Assembly: GCA_964016885.1 (NCBI GenBank)
Contig: OZ024740.1
Location: 350,982,001 to 351,046,000, forward strand
DNA from: Eledone cirrhosa
Taxonomy: Eukaryota
Direction of reading: 5' to 3'
Length of the DNA: 64,000 bases
Shown here: in pieces, positions 37,796 to 52,590 of the stretch
How the letters are laid out: the number at the start of each line of letters is the position of its first letter
Numbering within the stretch: the stretch's first letter is position 1
The notes under the pieces: model-generated
Database searches by the model: none
The model's input: only the letters and a program-made list of their open reading frames with translations
What the model was told of the DNA's origin: nothing
Program-made: the position numbers and the translations under genes

Positions 37796-40299
37796 TCTAC
37801 TTGGAGTTGTGACCTAGTCATTAGGCACTGGGGATTATGAATGTATGTATATATTTATGAGTGTATGTATATACATATGAATACGTAAATGTATGTGCAT
37901 ATATGTATATATATATATATAAACTCATAAAATTAAGCAACCTAACGGTTTACCAACAGCTTAATAACGGTTAATACAAACCCTAGAAAAGATAATTTGT
38001 AGATAAAAATGCATAAGATAATATACCTACAATAACAACATGGCCAGTAATTAGGTGGAATTTACATTTAACAAACAAATACCTATTGACTATAAACGAC
38101 TCAAAATAATCCCATGGTTAATAGCTGTGAGTTACAAACAACATATACACATACATACGAACTACAGTACATAAACACTTGAATGAAAATCATCTATCCA
38201 ACTCTATCACGTGCTTTGCATTACACCTCAAATAACAAATACCTACATTATCACCACGTGCCTCTCTAATAAATTGCACGCCATCTTAAACATTTCTAAC
38301 AATTATAACAGGCTTTAACACCTCACACAAAATATGTTTATTTCAACTGCATTATAACTCTTTCCTCATACATGCCTTATTGACTGTATTGACTCCTGAA
38401 TTGTACACCACTTTTCCTTGCTTGTAACTCTTTTGCCTGCTTATACCTATTACACTTTCAACCAGTGCTGCCTGTAATTGTGTTCTCCCAAGCATAACAT
38501 ATGTTTAACTCCTGACTCTCCACATGATGCCTTTGACACTAAAACAATTATATACCCTAAATGTTCTGAATGACTAGGATTTTAGTCACATGTTTCGACA
38601 CTCCCTATGCTCCGATTATTCAAGACTTTCCTCTGGAAGAAACAATTGTCAGCAAATAAATGTTCTAAACTAAAATTTGATCGTTTTAACACTTTCTGTA
38701 TATATATATATATATATTTTTTTTTTTGTGCAATCGTGTGTGAGAGTGTGTGTTTCTAAATGTATATGATAAGAAATATATATGTTTATGAGTATATACG
38801 CCAGCATTACATTCTATAATAACACTCAACAGCCATTTACACCAAAATACACTCATGGTAACTCACATCTCACTGTCTCCACTAAAACCGCCACACAAAA
38901 TCCCCCACAACAGTCATTAATAGTTCTAATATTTATTTTCGTATTTTCTTTATTTATTCATAAGTTAACTTCAAAGGAGTCGAATTGGCAGTGTAATTAA
39001 AGTGTCGTATTACATGCTTTTCAATATTAGCTCATATCTCGCTAAGTTTTACTTTCCTTTTCATTATTTCGAGGTCGATGAATAAAGTATCCATTTCTGG
39101 TTATGAGTCTTGCTGTATCTGTACCAGCTTTGAACGCCTTGAGTTCGAATTCCGTTTCCTGTCACCAGAAAAGCGGTGATGTTTTTGTTAGGTGTTGCGA
39201 CAGACTGATAGTATCAGAAATGAAAATATAGTTTCCTTAATTTGGATTAAATATCAGCTCTTTCCTTAATTCATTAGTGCAGAGTTCCCCACATTTTAAT
39301 ATTTTTTTCTATTTCAAAGTTTTTCTTTACATACTAATCATCGTATAGCAGGTATAAGCGACTTACAGCAAAAGATAAAACTGGGATTCTAGTTTGATTC
39401 TCTGTTGAATTTAACTCACTTTACTTGCATTATAATTGGTCTTTATTTAGGGGATCTATACCAATGCAAAGTTATCCTTATTTTCAACCAAGATATACAG
39501 CGGGAATTTTACTGACCACACATACCTTTAGCCTCCATGTGAGCATTTTAATCTGTGATCATATCATGTCTACGCCACAGTCTATGTAGAAGTGCTGTAT
39601 ATATGTGTTACTCATCATAAACAGTCATTTACGCCAGATTTTTAAAACATAAAAATCGAATCAACGGTGTTGATATGAAGTAAGATGGCGAGCATGTAAC
39701 ACCAAAGTCCAGGCATGAAAATTACAAAAAAATAATGTTTGCAATAAAAGCAAAACAGCAAAATATAAGCATGCAAAAATTAATGATAGATATCAAGATA
39801 GCCAACCGCTCTTGGCCAGAGAACGACTGGACATCTATCTATCCATCACACAAAGATACAATGTAATCAACTTAAAAGAAGAGGTCAAAGGAGCAAAGAA
39901 ACGTGCTCAAACATAATTATAAACAATGTTCAAATGTTCAAAATACCGTTCACAGGTATGTAAGCACATGACAGCAGGAAAGGGAGTGTGTCCTCACGAG
40001 AATGTATGCAGGTGGTTTCTGGACTGTGGTACAACGTGAAATTCCCAACCTCCGAAGGCGGTGGGATTTTCTCACAGGAAGAGTGCTGCACAAATAAATT
40101 CTCTGTGTTTTGTTCTGCTGGTTTTGGTTGTTGATAAAGCAAAGATGAAGCTGTGTTGTTGTTGTTGATGTTGCTGATATCTCGCGGAGAGAAAAAAAAT
40201 GTCATCTCAAAAGTTGCCGCAAGCAAAAGAAATTCAGTCACAGTACAAGAAATAGCAGCGAAAGTCCGAAGGTTAATATCTGTGAATCAAGATAGCTAT

Positions 40300-40480
40300 T
40301 ATGAAACAAGAGGGCGTCGCATTTCTTTTCCAAAACAAGGATTTGGTCGCGTGACGAGGCTAAGCCAATCAGATGGCTGCATTTGAAGAAGAAGCAAAGA
40401 TGGCGGTGTCGATAATGAAATCAAAAAGTCAAAAAGCGGGGAAAAGGCGGCCATCTTGAATTTTTTGCGTTTAGACTGTG
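40300..40480. promoter_or_regulatory. Putative Pol II promoter: CCAAT box plus three YY1-like motifs in a CpG-containing, TE-free island
   Basis: AGCCAATCAG at 40363; AGATGGCTGC ~40371; AAGATGGCGG ~40397; GCGGCCATCTTG ~40447. Confidence 0.45.
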
Positions 40481-41987
40481 AAAACTTTTTTGCAATGAAC
40501 GTGTGAAGGTTTAAAATCAGCAAATACAATGTGCATTTCGAAAAACCAATGCAAAATACCGATCTTGTTCGTTAAAAGTCGTAACGATACATAATCAGTG
40601 AAAAGCAACAAATTAATCGTCGAAGCACGTGCGAAAGAAATTTTCATGTTATCGCAGGATTGTAATTCCACGCCAGAGGAAAACAAAGAACGAGCTGAAG
40701 TAATCTTCGAAAAGGTAGCTGATACACCTCAACGAAAATGACGTACTCATTTTATAAACCAATTGAAATATACCAAACCACCTCAACCGGATAGAAAACA
40801 TCGCACAATTTTCAATCCAAAAGAAACATTTTTTGTTAGTCGTCGAAAAAACGCTTTCTTTTGTGTTGTATTTTTTTGTTCGTCTGTATGCGTGAGTCAA
40901 TAGTGTTACCATGAAAGCTATGACAGAAATATTGTGCAGGCCGCGTGCTTCAACAAATGAAACATTATGAATTTTATGGACTTACGCTAAGTGAGTCTAA
41001 CTACCCGATTCGAATACTCCAAATGTTAAGCCACTCCACATTGCCATTAAAACGAATGGCGAATTCAAATAGGCTCGTTTTCATACTATCACGTCGGGGT
41101 CACCAATTATAACAATTAAATGTTATAGGTAATTGTCAAATGGATTAACACGGTTATTAGATGAAACAACAATAACAATAAGAATAAATGCTTTGGTTAT
41201 ACCTAGACTGTTTAATGTTCCGAAGAATAGACTACAGTGAAGGTCCCATGGTGGGGATCCCATCACGTGGTTAATCGCCAGAGCGAAGCTATTGACGTCT
41301 GGTTTCTTCGGACGATGCAGTCAGACTCCCCTATTTGTACCAGCGCTGCTGCTGATGTGATCGTCATAACAAGGGAGGCAACTCTTGCTATAACGCCAAG
41401 ATACTGAGGTATGATAGACATTAAAATCTCGTTGATTTTATAAACAAATCGATTTTATAAAGAAATGATTCTTGTTAAAATTGTTGTATTTTGAACACAT
41501 GAGTTTCTTTACCGTTGTGAAAAGGCTATGATTTTCTTCAAAAACGTTTTAAAAACTCGGAAACTCTTTGGAGAACAGAATTATAAAATATCTTTTATCT
41601 CTTCACCCCACTTTAGATTATTCATTTATGTGCTTTATTAAACTGATTTTTGTCGACACATGCACCACTAATATTCTCAAAATCTGGGCTTATCTATGGT
41701 TCTGCTGTTTCGATAAATCAATCATCAATTATGTGAATACACTGTAAACTTAATATTGTTCTGGGGAAGGAAATTTGATTTTAGTTTGCAGAATATTATA
41801 TGTTACTAGTTTTATACACATGATTGGATATCCAATTCTATGTACATTCTCTACATAAAAGGTAACATATATGAGATATAAGCATAGATATTGCTTCTCT
41901 CTCTCTTTCTGTATGTGTGTTGATGTTGTTGTTGTTTTCTTGTTCCAGCTCAACCTAGATAAAGCATATATAAGACCAAAAGCAAAG

Positions 41988-42155
41988 AGGTGGCAAATTG
42001 CCAGAATCGTTATGACGCCGGATAGAACGCTTTACGATATTCGTTCCGGCTTTCTGCGTTCTGAGTTCAAATCTCGCTGAGCTCAACTTTGCCTTTCATC
42101 TTTGTGAGGTCGATGGTCGATGAGAAAGTAGCAGTCCAGTACTGGGGTCGATTCT
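41988..42155 (+). mobile_element. Decayed SINE (same family as 6324-6510)
   Basis: TTGCCAGAATCGTTA..CTGAGTTCAAATCTCGCTGAG..AACTTTGCCTTTCATC..TACTGGGGTCGAT. Confidence 0.75.
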
Positions 42156-42741
42156 TTCTGTATATTCTTAATTGATTTCTTCTCTCATTCATTCCTTCTC
42201 AGTATGTAATCGGATGTGTTTAGACCTGGAGAAGGGTAATCCGAGAGATTTAAGGTGCCATAACATGCCGTATGACACCACGGCTCAGTCAGGAATTACA
42301 GGTCCATCCAGAGATGATCGAAAGCATTCCAGCCTTGAATATTTAGGGATGCATTAGTATTTGATTATCTAATGTGTTCTACTTTTCATTGAGTGCCTAC
42401 ACTAAGGATTCGACCTCGACAGCGAAGACATATATGCATATTTAAGTGTTTTGTATATGTTTATTTAGAATTGTGTATGTGTATGTGTGTGCGTGAGTGT
42501 TTATTTGAGATATGTATGTATTTGGCATGTGCAATGTAATTTCTGTATGTGTGAGTTTTTATTTGAGATATGTATGTATTTGACAAACGCAATGTAATTT
42601 TTGTATGTGTCTGATTTTTTAGTTTTTTTTGTTGTTGTTGATGTGTGGGTTTGCTATCACATCTATGTTTTTGCGTAGGTTCATTGAAATCTACATGCAT
42701 ACGAATACTCAAACACACATGCGCTCACATACTATATATAT

Positions 42742-42772
<31 letters not shown>

Positions 42773-42774
42773 CA

Positions 42775-42879
<105 letters not shown>

Positions 42880-45800
42880 ATGCACATATATGCACATATA
42901 TACATATATCAGCGTGTGTTTATGTATAATTTTGGCTTCCCGAAAACTAATCTGCTGGATATCTCTTGAAGTCGGCGTCAATAATTATTAATTTGTTTTC
43001 TTTTTCTACCCCCCCCCCCCCCCCTCTCCCGTTTTTGTATGTTCTCTTATTTAATGAATCGAATCATTTCTATTTATTCCTCTTACTTCGCTATCAGATT
43101 TGGCCTTGTTATATTTTTCTGTTGTTCGTTCAAAGAATGTTTCGTTAAACAAATAATACAAGCGTGACCTATATTTCAACTATCTAAACAACCTAATTGT
43201 CTCAACTTCTCGCAAAAGATAGAAATTCATTTCAAGTCAACCACGAAATTAAATGTGTAACCTCATTTAGCACATACAGATTAGTGAAGGAGAAAGGAGA
43301 AAAAAGGAGAGAAGAAAGAAAATCATTTTCACGGCGTTGTTGCTTCTCTTTATCTGTTAATGATGAATTCGTGATACTGAGTCTTCATATGAGTATTTAT
43401 TTATCTGTTTTCATACTAATGTTGTAAACGAATTGTTATTATTATTGAACTAATTAATAATGGAAATGGATTCTTGTATCGAATGCACATATATTCACCC
43501 ACCATATAATTCAATGTTAACGGGAGTATGACAACTCAATATTTCGGGACAAAAATATCAAGGGTATTATCATACTGCGAGATCTAATTGCCATCTTTCT
43601 CAGAATAGAGGAACAAATGAAGCCAAAGACAATCTCATTGACAACGAATTACATACAATACTGCAGTTATTGTCGTTTAGCTTCAAATCAGCTATATATT
43701 ATTTTCAGATTTAGTGCATTTAGGACCTTAAAACCCAATAAGTTCTTCTTTTCAAAAAGTAGGGTATGCTTTAAGGGATATTTGGTTGCTATTTCTAATA
43801 GGTAGAACGATGCATAGATACTTCCCTGTTGGCTCACATTAGTAATGTTGCTATGGCTTCTTTACTCCAGGTCAGGTCTGACTGAGTAAATTCAGATTTA
43901 GTATGTTCTGAACCATAATATCGAATACGTCCGTGTCGTTTTAAGTGAAAAAGAAGGGACTTAGATTGTTATTTATTGCAGCTCGGACGACAGTTTAGAC
44001 TTTTTTGTTGAAGCAGTAATGTTGTTTAATCCTAGTTCAACTCTGGATAGATTAGGCATATGATCAAAGGCCTTCCAGCCACAAACATTCTGTCTTTGTC
44101 TCGGCCCATGCATTTCTAGAATTTCATTACTCAATATGACCCTACCTTTTCATTTCAGTTGGATGTAATTTGAGGCGGGTTTGGTTGTTACTCCTATTTA
44201 GTCAAAAGATACGGTAGAATTTCTTACGTCACTTCTAAAGAGTTGTGCAGCAAAATGTTGTTAAATATAAATAAAACCAATTCCTTGACTCAGTCAAAAG
44301 AACCCGTTGTGTTAATGTTGATGAAATTACCCTATTTAAATTTAAGTTGCCCAACCAATGCTCAACCCAACCATTTGATAACTAGAGACCTATAAAAATA
44401 TTTACCAAACTAATTATTGGAGTCAATAACCGGACTCTGGTGTCAATGACCGGACTCTGTTGATTGAAATCACTTAAAGAATAAAAAAAATATATAAAAC
44501 CACTTCACATATGAACTATGTGAAACTGAGGAAATATCCCTAGTAATGTTTATAGATATGCCGGATTCAAATAATTGTACATACTGAAACGTTCACACCA
44601 CTAATTCCGAATATAGATAGTGCTGTTCGTATTAGAATTCAGCACGTCGCAGCTGTAGTTTTTGTTCCTGACCTCGGCGTCGTCGGCATGTTCGTCTTCG
44701 TCAACACATCGTTGATGTCCTTGTTGTTGCTGTTGTTGTTCAGCACTAGTTGTTAATGCAAGTGGTGTTGCTTGCTGTTGAGGTTCAGTTGTGGCTCAGC
44801 TTCTATTGTGCAGACCTGAATCAAAGATCAGCAGTGACAGCTCATGGTGTGTCGAAAATGACAATATCCAATGTCACCTCTCTTTTTCTTAAGACTGTCG
44901 GACACGATTAGAGAATGATTTGTTTGTTATTTCTAACAGCACGATTAACCACATAGAGACTACGTCATTAACTCAGAGAATTAGTTGTTTTAATGGCTGA
45001 TGTAGTTAGTGATGTTGTTGCTATTATTGTATGGATATGATGCCAAAATCAAAACAGGATATAGTGTAAATTACACCAGTACCAAACCTGTCTTTATTAC
45101 TATATGGGTTTTGTATTTTAGAGATTCACAACTGCAATGTTGTAGCACAGACTCTAGATAATCACGTTATATGTGTGATCTGAATATTTGTTCTTTAATT
45201 TCTGTTCAACCCTTATCATGGCAGAGGCTTTCCAACTATGAGAATCTCGTCTAATTTGGGTTTTTTTGACACTTTGACGCAGGACTATTAACATCTTATT
45301 TTACGAGAAGAAATATGCATGTATGTTGGATATTATTGGTGTGGATGAGTCATGTTTTATGCTAAAGCAAAGTTACAAAGCTCCCCATTGATATAACCAG
45401 TGAAAATATACCAAATTCATTTTCTATGGATGGTGCTAAGCAGATGGGAGACGAATACATCCCGGAGAGGACGTCGATCTATAGCTAAGAATTCTTATCA
45501 ACTTTTAAGACTGATGGGTTGTTCTAAGCATACAGTTTCTAATTAAGTGCTCGACAGATTGAGCCATTTGATGCAATGCCATTGACAGGCAGTGATATAA
45601 CAAGGGTACTCAGTGTCTGGAGCCAAAGACTTTTACTTCAGTTCTATATTAATTGACAAGCACGATAGACCCTCCCCCCTTGCTACACCTCCCCTCACAG
45701 AATATTGTCAGCCTATATTGCAAGTTTTTTGTCACATAACCTATCGACCATTGAGTCTCTGGTGAACATAGACCGAAGAAACTAAATGTATCAAGGGCGA

Positions 45801-46603
45801 TCATTCTATATAAGTACATACAATAGTTGACACTAAAATGTAACTGAATGAAACAGAAAAGTAAATGATTTTTCACCAAATATAAAAAAATCTAAGTGAA
45901 ATTCTTTTTAATCCAAATTTCAAAAGATTTAAAAGATTTAAGATAATTCTGAGCATGGGGAATGATTGTCTAACATTCAACACATGACACGATATTGGTT
46001 TTTTTACGTTATCCTATATTCCTACTATGGTATTGCAGCATTGAGATCAAGAAAATGAAGAATTTAGTTAAAGTTTCGACGTTGTTGATATTTAATCAGC
46101 CATCAGATAAAATGTGTGTGAGGCTAGACAAAAATAAATTTACTTTCATTTTATTATCGGTTTTCGTCGACGTTATTCGCTTCTTTTTAGTGTCATTCAG
46201 TTTCATTCTACGCCACGCTTTTCCTTTCAGTTGGATTCAGTTTCATATTGTTGTCAGCTAATTTGTACAGTTATATCGAAAGATTTCCTGTATCAAGAAA
46301 TTTAGTGTCGCACACTACATTGTTAGTGGATCACAAGGTTCTTTCAAATAGGAGACAGTAACTAAGTTATTTTTTATCTCCCAAGTTAGTTTGAGATATC
46401 TTTGAATTAGAGTTCCTATGACAACCTGTGACTTATTTGAAAGATGGCAAGAGACTAAATGAAAATGATGTTTCGTCTTATTTGGTTTCACTTTCTCATA
46501 GAAATAAACATCTTATCATTTTAACGATGTTTGTAGCTGTAGTTGCAATCCCTTGTAAGTAGCAGTATATTCAAAACAGGATACATATGAATGTGAAAAA
46601 ATG

Positions 46604-46686
46604 TGATAAAAGGGTAAACTAGATGATAAGATAAAAGGTAAACAAAGATAAAAGGTAAACTAGATAAAAGGGTAAACTAGATGATA
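46604..46686. repeat. Minisatellite, ~16-17-bp unit GATAAAAGG(G)TAAACTA
   Basis: About four imperfect tandem copies. Confidence 0.85.
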
Positions 46687-49112
46687 TCTTTCAAAGGTTT
46701 GACCTTGAAATGAAAACATTATTAACATGACTACTTGTTTAGATTAGATATTTAATTTGTTTGTTTACTCTTGTTTCTTTTTATAAATTTCTCCGACATT
46801 TGGGAAGTTAATTACATCTGCCCGAATTAAAATAAATTGAAGGAGTTTACAGAATTAGAGGATGTTATTAATCTTTCAGAACAAATTAACGAAGATATAA
46901 AAAAATTGATGAAAGAAAAATTATGAGAAATTAATTTGGGTTGCGTTTATGGTAAAGGAAGTAGAAAAGAGGATGGTTATTTTTTAAGGATTATGAAAAT
47001 GAAACAATTCTTAATTCCGAATTAATATAATAGAAGATTCTGATAAAGTTTGAATGGTATTAGGTTACACCAAGATAGTATGGCGGTAGGTAGTTCTAAG
47101 ATAGTAAGGGAATAGAAATCAATTAGTATAGGCAGTAGAGAAATCTAGGAGAGTAAGGGCTGTAGAGATATCCAAGCTAATAGGTAATAGATTCAAGAGA
47201 GAAAGGCGTCAACGAAATTCACAGCAGTATCTAGAGCAAATGTTTTCTTGTTTTTTTTTATTTTGCAGGAGATTGATGCCTGTTCTGGCGGTATTAATTT
47301 TACCTTTCCGGTGACGTTTAATCAACTACCAGTAATTAATCAGGGTCAATTCATCCGCCTATACGATTTGTTCTACAATAATTGGCTTTGAGCTTCGTCA
47401 AAATAAATCAATACTTGTTTGAATGAAAGTTGACGCTTAATTACACAAAGAGAAAAAAATCAATAAACAAACTGAAACCGTATCTCGGTTTCCATTCTAA
47501 ACGAGGACTATTTCACTTCATTTATGATATTCACGACTTGGGTAGAGAATAAACCTAAATAAATTCCCATTTCTGCTTTTCTTTTAATGCCTTGGTATCT
47601 TTATGGAAAGTCACTTCCTATTGAACGGAGTTCGTGCTCAGTTCCAGTTTCCAAGCAAGGTTATTTCATTTATTTTACTCTAATATTGCTATTTGGAAGG
47701 GAGGGGACATTACAAAACTAAATTTACTTTCTTGGAAAAGTACAATGCTTTTGTGCAAATTCAAATGAAACTATTATTCTAATTTGGGTTGCGACAGGCC
47801 GCGTTACTTGGGACCCGACTTATCACGATCTGGTTTATTTAATCATTCTAGACAGCGGTGATACTCTGATATTGACAAATTTTTCCGTAACTCACATTTT
47901 GGGAAATGAAGGAGTAAATATTGTGGAAAATAACCATTCTACTAAAACTAATTGCAAGTAACGAATAACCTCACACGAGACTTGACATTCTGTCCTGGAT
48001 AAGTGTGCTGCAAGGCTTTAGTAGTCTAGAACAAAAGTGGAAAGCAAATAGAAACAATAAAATATTTCCTAACACCGGACATATTTAATCAACGATAAAG
48101 TCAGTACAGTATACTGAGGAATCAAAACTTTATAGGGTCAGTGAAATTCAACTAACTGAAATTGTATTTGAATATAAAGAATCTGACTCTTAAAACCGAA
48201 TTCTCAATGCAGGTTTAGTTGTGGATTTTTCTAAAACCAGCCATTATTTCAGGCAGCTTCCTTAATCATCATGGCAAAAATACTAGTTACTTTTGAAAAT
48301 ATATAAAGCTATGGCTAGTTTCCTGTTGTGGTTGTTGTTTTTTTTTTTGGGGGGGGGGGATTATTCTATTCATCGTGTGTGACAAACAAGGTCGACGGAG
48401 ATGGATGTATGTTAGATAAGAATTAAGAACTGTATTTTTGATGTTAAGTCACTTTACGAGAAAAAATATATGTATGAGTAAAGTAGCTAGAGCTTTGTAT
48501 TTCAGAATAGATCTTAACAACATTAATCTAGACGAAAACAGCAACAACATCTGCATCAAAAAAGAAAATCTCTAAGAAGAGAGGAAGACGAAAGAGAAAA
48601 AGATGAATAAGAGTAAGTGCCGGAAATCATTTTATCCTGTTGACATTTACTTAATTCTGAAACTCGGAGGCTGGATCCATTGATGTCTTTTTCCATCTGA
48701 CGGATCGGAAATCAAATTGGTTACACTATCGGTTCGATGAAAGAAGAATACTACTCTAATACATCGTGGACATCAAAACCAGAAACATCGTGTTTAGAAA
48801 CATCAGAATCTTTTGAACTTAGCTGTTCGGCCTGGAAGTGGATGGAAACGTGAATGACTTCAAATGAATAAGTAATCTAATAAACTAAGAGACAAAAGGA
48901 AAGAAAATCATAAGCGATAAAATAAAAATAGTAGGTATTAGACTCATTAAAGCAGTATTTAGTAAGAATTTTGAACATTATAAACAATTTCTTTAAAATA
49001 ATTTCCACCCAGTAAAATTTCGGACTTTACACAGTTATCTGCCTTACACACACACAGACACACACAAACACACAAATACACACACATACATATCAATATA
49101 TATATAAATATT

Positions 49113-49210
49113 TAGCGTGTCCTAAAAAATGTATACACAAAGGCTGTGCATTCTAATAAATATTATTTGTGCAGGTAGTCAAAGTGTGTATACATTTTTG
49201 GGACACCCTG
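49113..49210. mobile_element. Tc1/mariner-type MITE
   Basis: Imperfect TIR TAGCGTGTCCTAAAAAATGTATACACA / TGTGTATACATTTTTGGGACACCCTG followed by TA. Confidence 0.7.
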
Positions 49211-49779
49211 TATATATTTAGCCGTCGAAACGGCTGAACTTTGCCGTCGGGGTCTTGACTCTTTTCCTATATATATTTATATATATATATGTGTGTGTGT
49301 GTGTGTGAATTTCAAATATCTAAAGAAATACGGTAAGTCTATAAATAAACATTCTGAAAGCCATATTTATAAATATAACACCACCGGTCAACGCCGCCGA
49401 GCGGTGTCCGACAGAAGCAAGGGGGACAACCCTCGATGTATTTTGATATATACATATATACGTATGTAATTGACGGCCGAGAGAAAGAGTGAAATATTCA
49501 TTTTATTAAGGCTAAATTGTGAGTCTCCAAAGTAATAACAGACACTATATAACCTTACTTAAATGAATATATATAAGTGTGCGTGTGTGTATGTATATGT
49601 GTGTGTTTGTGTGTGGATATGTATATATATATTGTTATATTTGGGAAGGGTCATAATAACAGAACACACTCACTGTTTGGTTTGGGTTGGTTTTCACTTC
49701 TGTATCTTTTATATCTCCATAGTGAATTTATCTATATATATGTATGTATATATACATGTGTGTATGTGTATGTGTGTAT

Positions 49780-49879
<100 letters not shown>

Positions 49880-50114
49880 AAAGGTAAAACAACACGTTAG
49901 AACAATACCAGTCGTTTGAAACATCCTAGCAACGTTGCAAGGAAGTGATGAATTCATACGCCTCGTCTACTTCTGTCATTGAGTTATAATTGTGGATTTC
50001 TCCGACCACATGATTGCTTTATGCATATGTCTAATACACATATATGAAATAGAATATATGTATATGTATTATATACGTTATTTTACATACATTGATCCAA
50101 CATCATAAGTGCAT

Positions 50115-50224
<110 letters not shown>

Positions 50225-50284
50225 ATGTATGTAAGTAACTGTCGTACTAAGAGTGAGAAATGAAATTTCGTTTCATTCTATTCC

Positions 50285-50329
<45 letters not shown>

Positions 50330-50349
50330 ATATATAATATATATATATA

Positions 50350-51084
<735 letters not shown>

Positions 51085-51087
51085 TTG

Positions 51088-51600
51088 CATTATGAAGAGA
51101 GAAGAAACATTTAGATATAATTAGTAATAAAATGTATCATACCTAAACTGCTCCTAGATTCCTCGACTACGTAGTTTCGTGGCATAAACAAAAACAATAC
51201 ATCATAAAGATATAGAGTCCTTGCGAGGTCTGCCGACTTATCAAGAGGATACCTCATTTTACTAGTCTCAAGAACGCGTCCACACGACGTGAGAAAGAAT
51301 CCCAAAAGGCGGAGGGGGAGATAGTCACGCGATATAACGGTCGAGAAACAGAGCTAAGCCTTTATGATGTATTGTTTTTGTTTATGCCACGAAACTACGT
51401 AGTCGAGGAATCTAGGAGCAGTTTAGGTATGATACATTTTATTACTAATTATATCTAAATGTTTCTTCTCTCTTCATAATGTATTTTTAACTCTGATACT
51501 GGTTCAGTCTGGTTCAACCGGATTGGTCTGTCCCAGTCATTCATTGAGCAACATCGGTGAAGTTGGCACCCTTAACTCACGGTTGGGTGCGGATGCATTC
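51088..51600. mobile_element. Family L fold-back element (arms ~51088-51209 / 51360-51481; tail to ~51600)
   Basis: About 120-bp inverted repeat adjoining (TA)n; contains hammerhead. Confidence 0.88.
51160..51249 (-). ncRNA. Type I hammerhead, U3-A8 variant with extended stem II
   Basis: Reverse complement: TCCTC-TTGATAA-GT(C)GGCA...TGCCAC-GAAA-CTACGTAG-TC-GAGGA. Confidence 0.75.
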
Positions 51601-51857
51601 ATGTATATGTGTGTGTCCGCATGTATCTGTGTGTTTCTAAATATATACATTTGCATGTATTTATATACTGTTTACAATAATTTTCTTTTTATCATTCCCC
51701 ATTTCATTTTTATATAGAGCCAATAAAATCGACCGGGACTGTAGTGCTTATTTATTTGTTTCGTATTGAGAAACTTGTTTACAACGAAACACCGACAACA
51801 TTCTTGACTAGTAATCAATCAGTATTGCAAAAAATATTTCTAATAAAAGTAAAAAAT

Positions 51858-52130
51858 CTTCTTCTTCTTCTTCTTCTTCTTCTTCTTCTTCTTCTTCTTC
51901 TTCTTCTTCTTCTTCTTCTTCTTCTTCTTCTTCTTCTTCTTCTCCTTCTTCTTCTTCTTCTTCTTCTTCTTCTTTGAGCCGGTCATGGGTGCAGAGTTCT
52001 CAAGCACGCCTTCGAGCGGGTTCTGTCAGAAGCAACGGTCTACAATTGATCTGGTTGGATCCCCAAGCGAGATCAGCCGAGCTCAACCATCTTGCTCGGA
52101 GTCTACCCTCGACAATGGTAATCCAGAGTG
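51858..52130 (-). mobile_element. RTE LINE 3' end with (AAG)n tail
   Basis: Reverse complement reads RGRLRARW...LGIQPDQL*TVASDR then runs into (AAG)n (51858-51973). Confidence 0.6.
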
Positions 52131-52219
52131 ATAATCCCAATTTTGGAGAGACAGGAGAGATTGGTCGAATTATAAAGGGATCTCCTTGTTAAACCTCCAC
52201 GGTTAAGTATATGCTAAGT

Positions 52220-52590
52220 GTTCACAACAAAGAGTTCTAGGGATGTTGTTGAGTCCAAACAAGCTAACAAACAGTGTAGTTTTCAACCCGGTCGCACCCC
52301 CGACAGAATAGTTACATAGCGGCAGGTCTTTGAGAAATCGTGGGACTATAAACAAGAAGTATATTCTAGTTTCGCAGACACTGAAAAGTCATATGACCGC
52401 GTTCCATGGGTCCTGTTGTGGAAGATTCTGCAGGAATATGGGATTGATGGACAACTTCTTGTTACTCTGATATTCTATGCGAATGCCCTAGCATTTGTAT
52501 TCGGTTAAATGGTGCTAAATTGAAATCATTCTATGTGGGTTTCGGACTCCGTCGGGGGTGCGTACTGTCACCTCTCCTGTTCATAATCTT
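52220..52590 (+). mobile_element. Decayed RTE RT fragment (similar to the 11600-12785 family)
   Basis: EKSWDY..F.D.EKSYDRVPW..LWKILQEYGIDG..GLRRGCVLSPLLFII. Confidence 0.8.

Noticed and set aside
39930-40529. Short ORFs in the putative promoter island as a host CDS
   Set aside because: No recognisable domain; overlapping short ORFs on both strands are expected by chance
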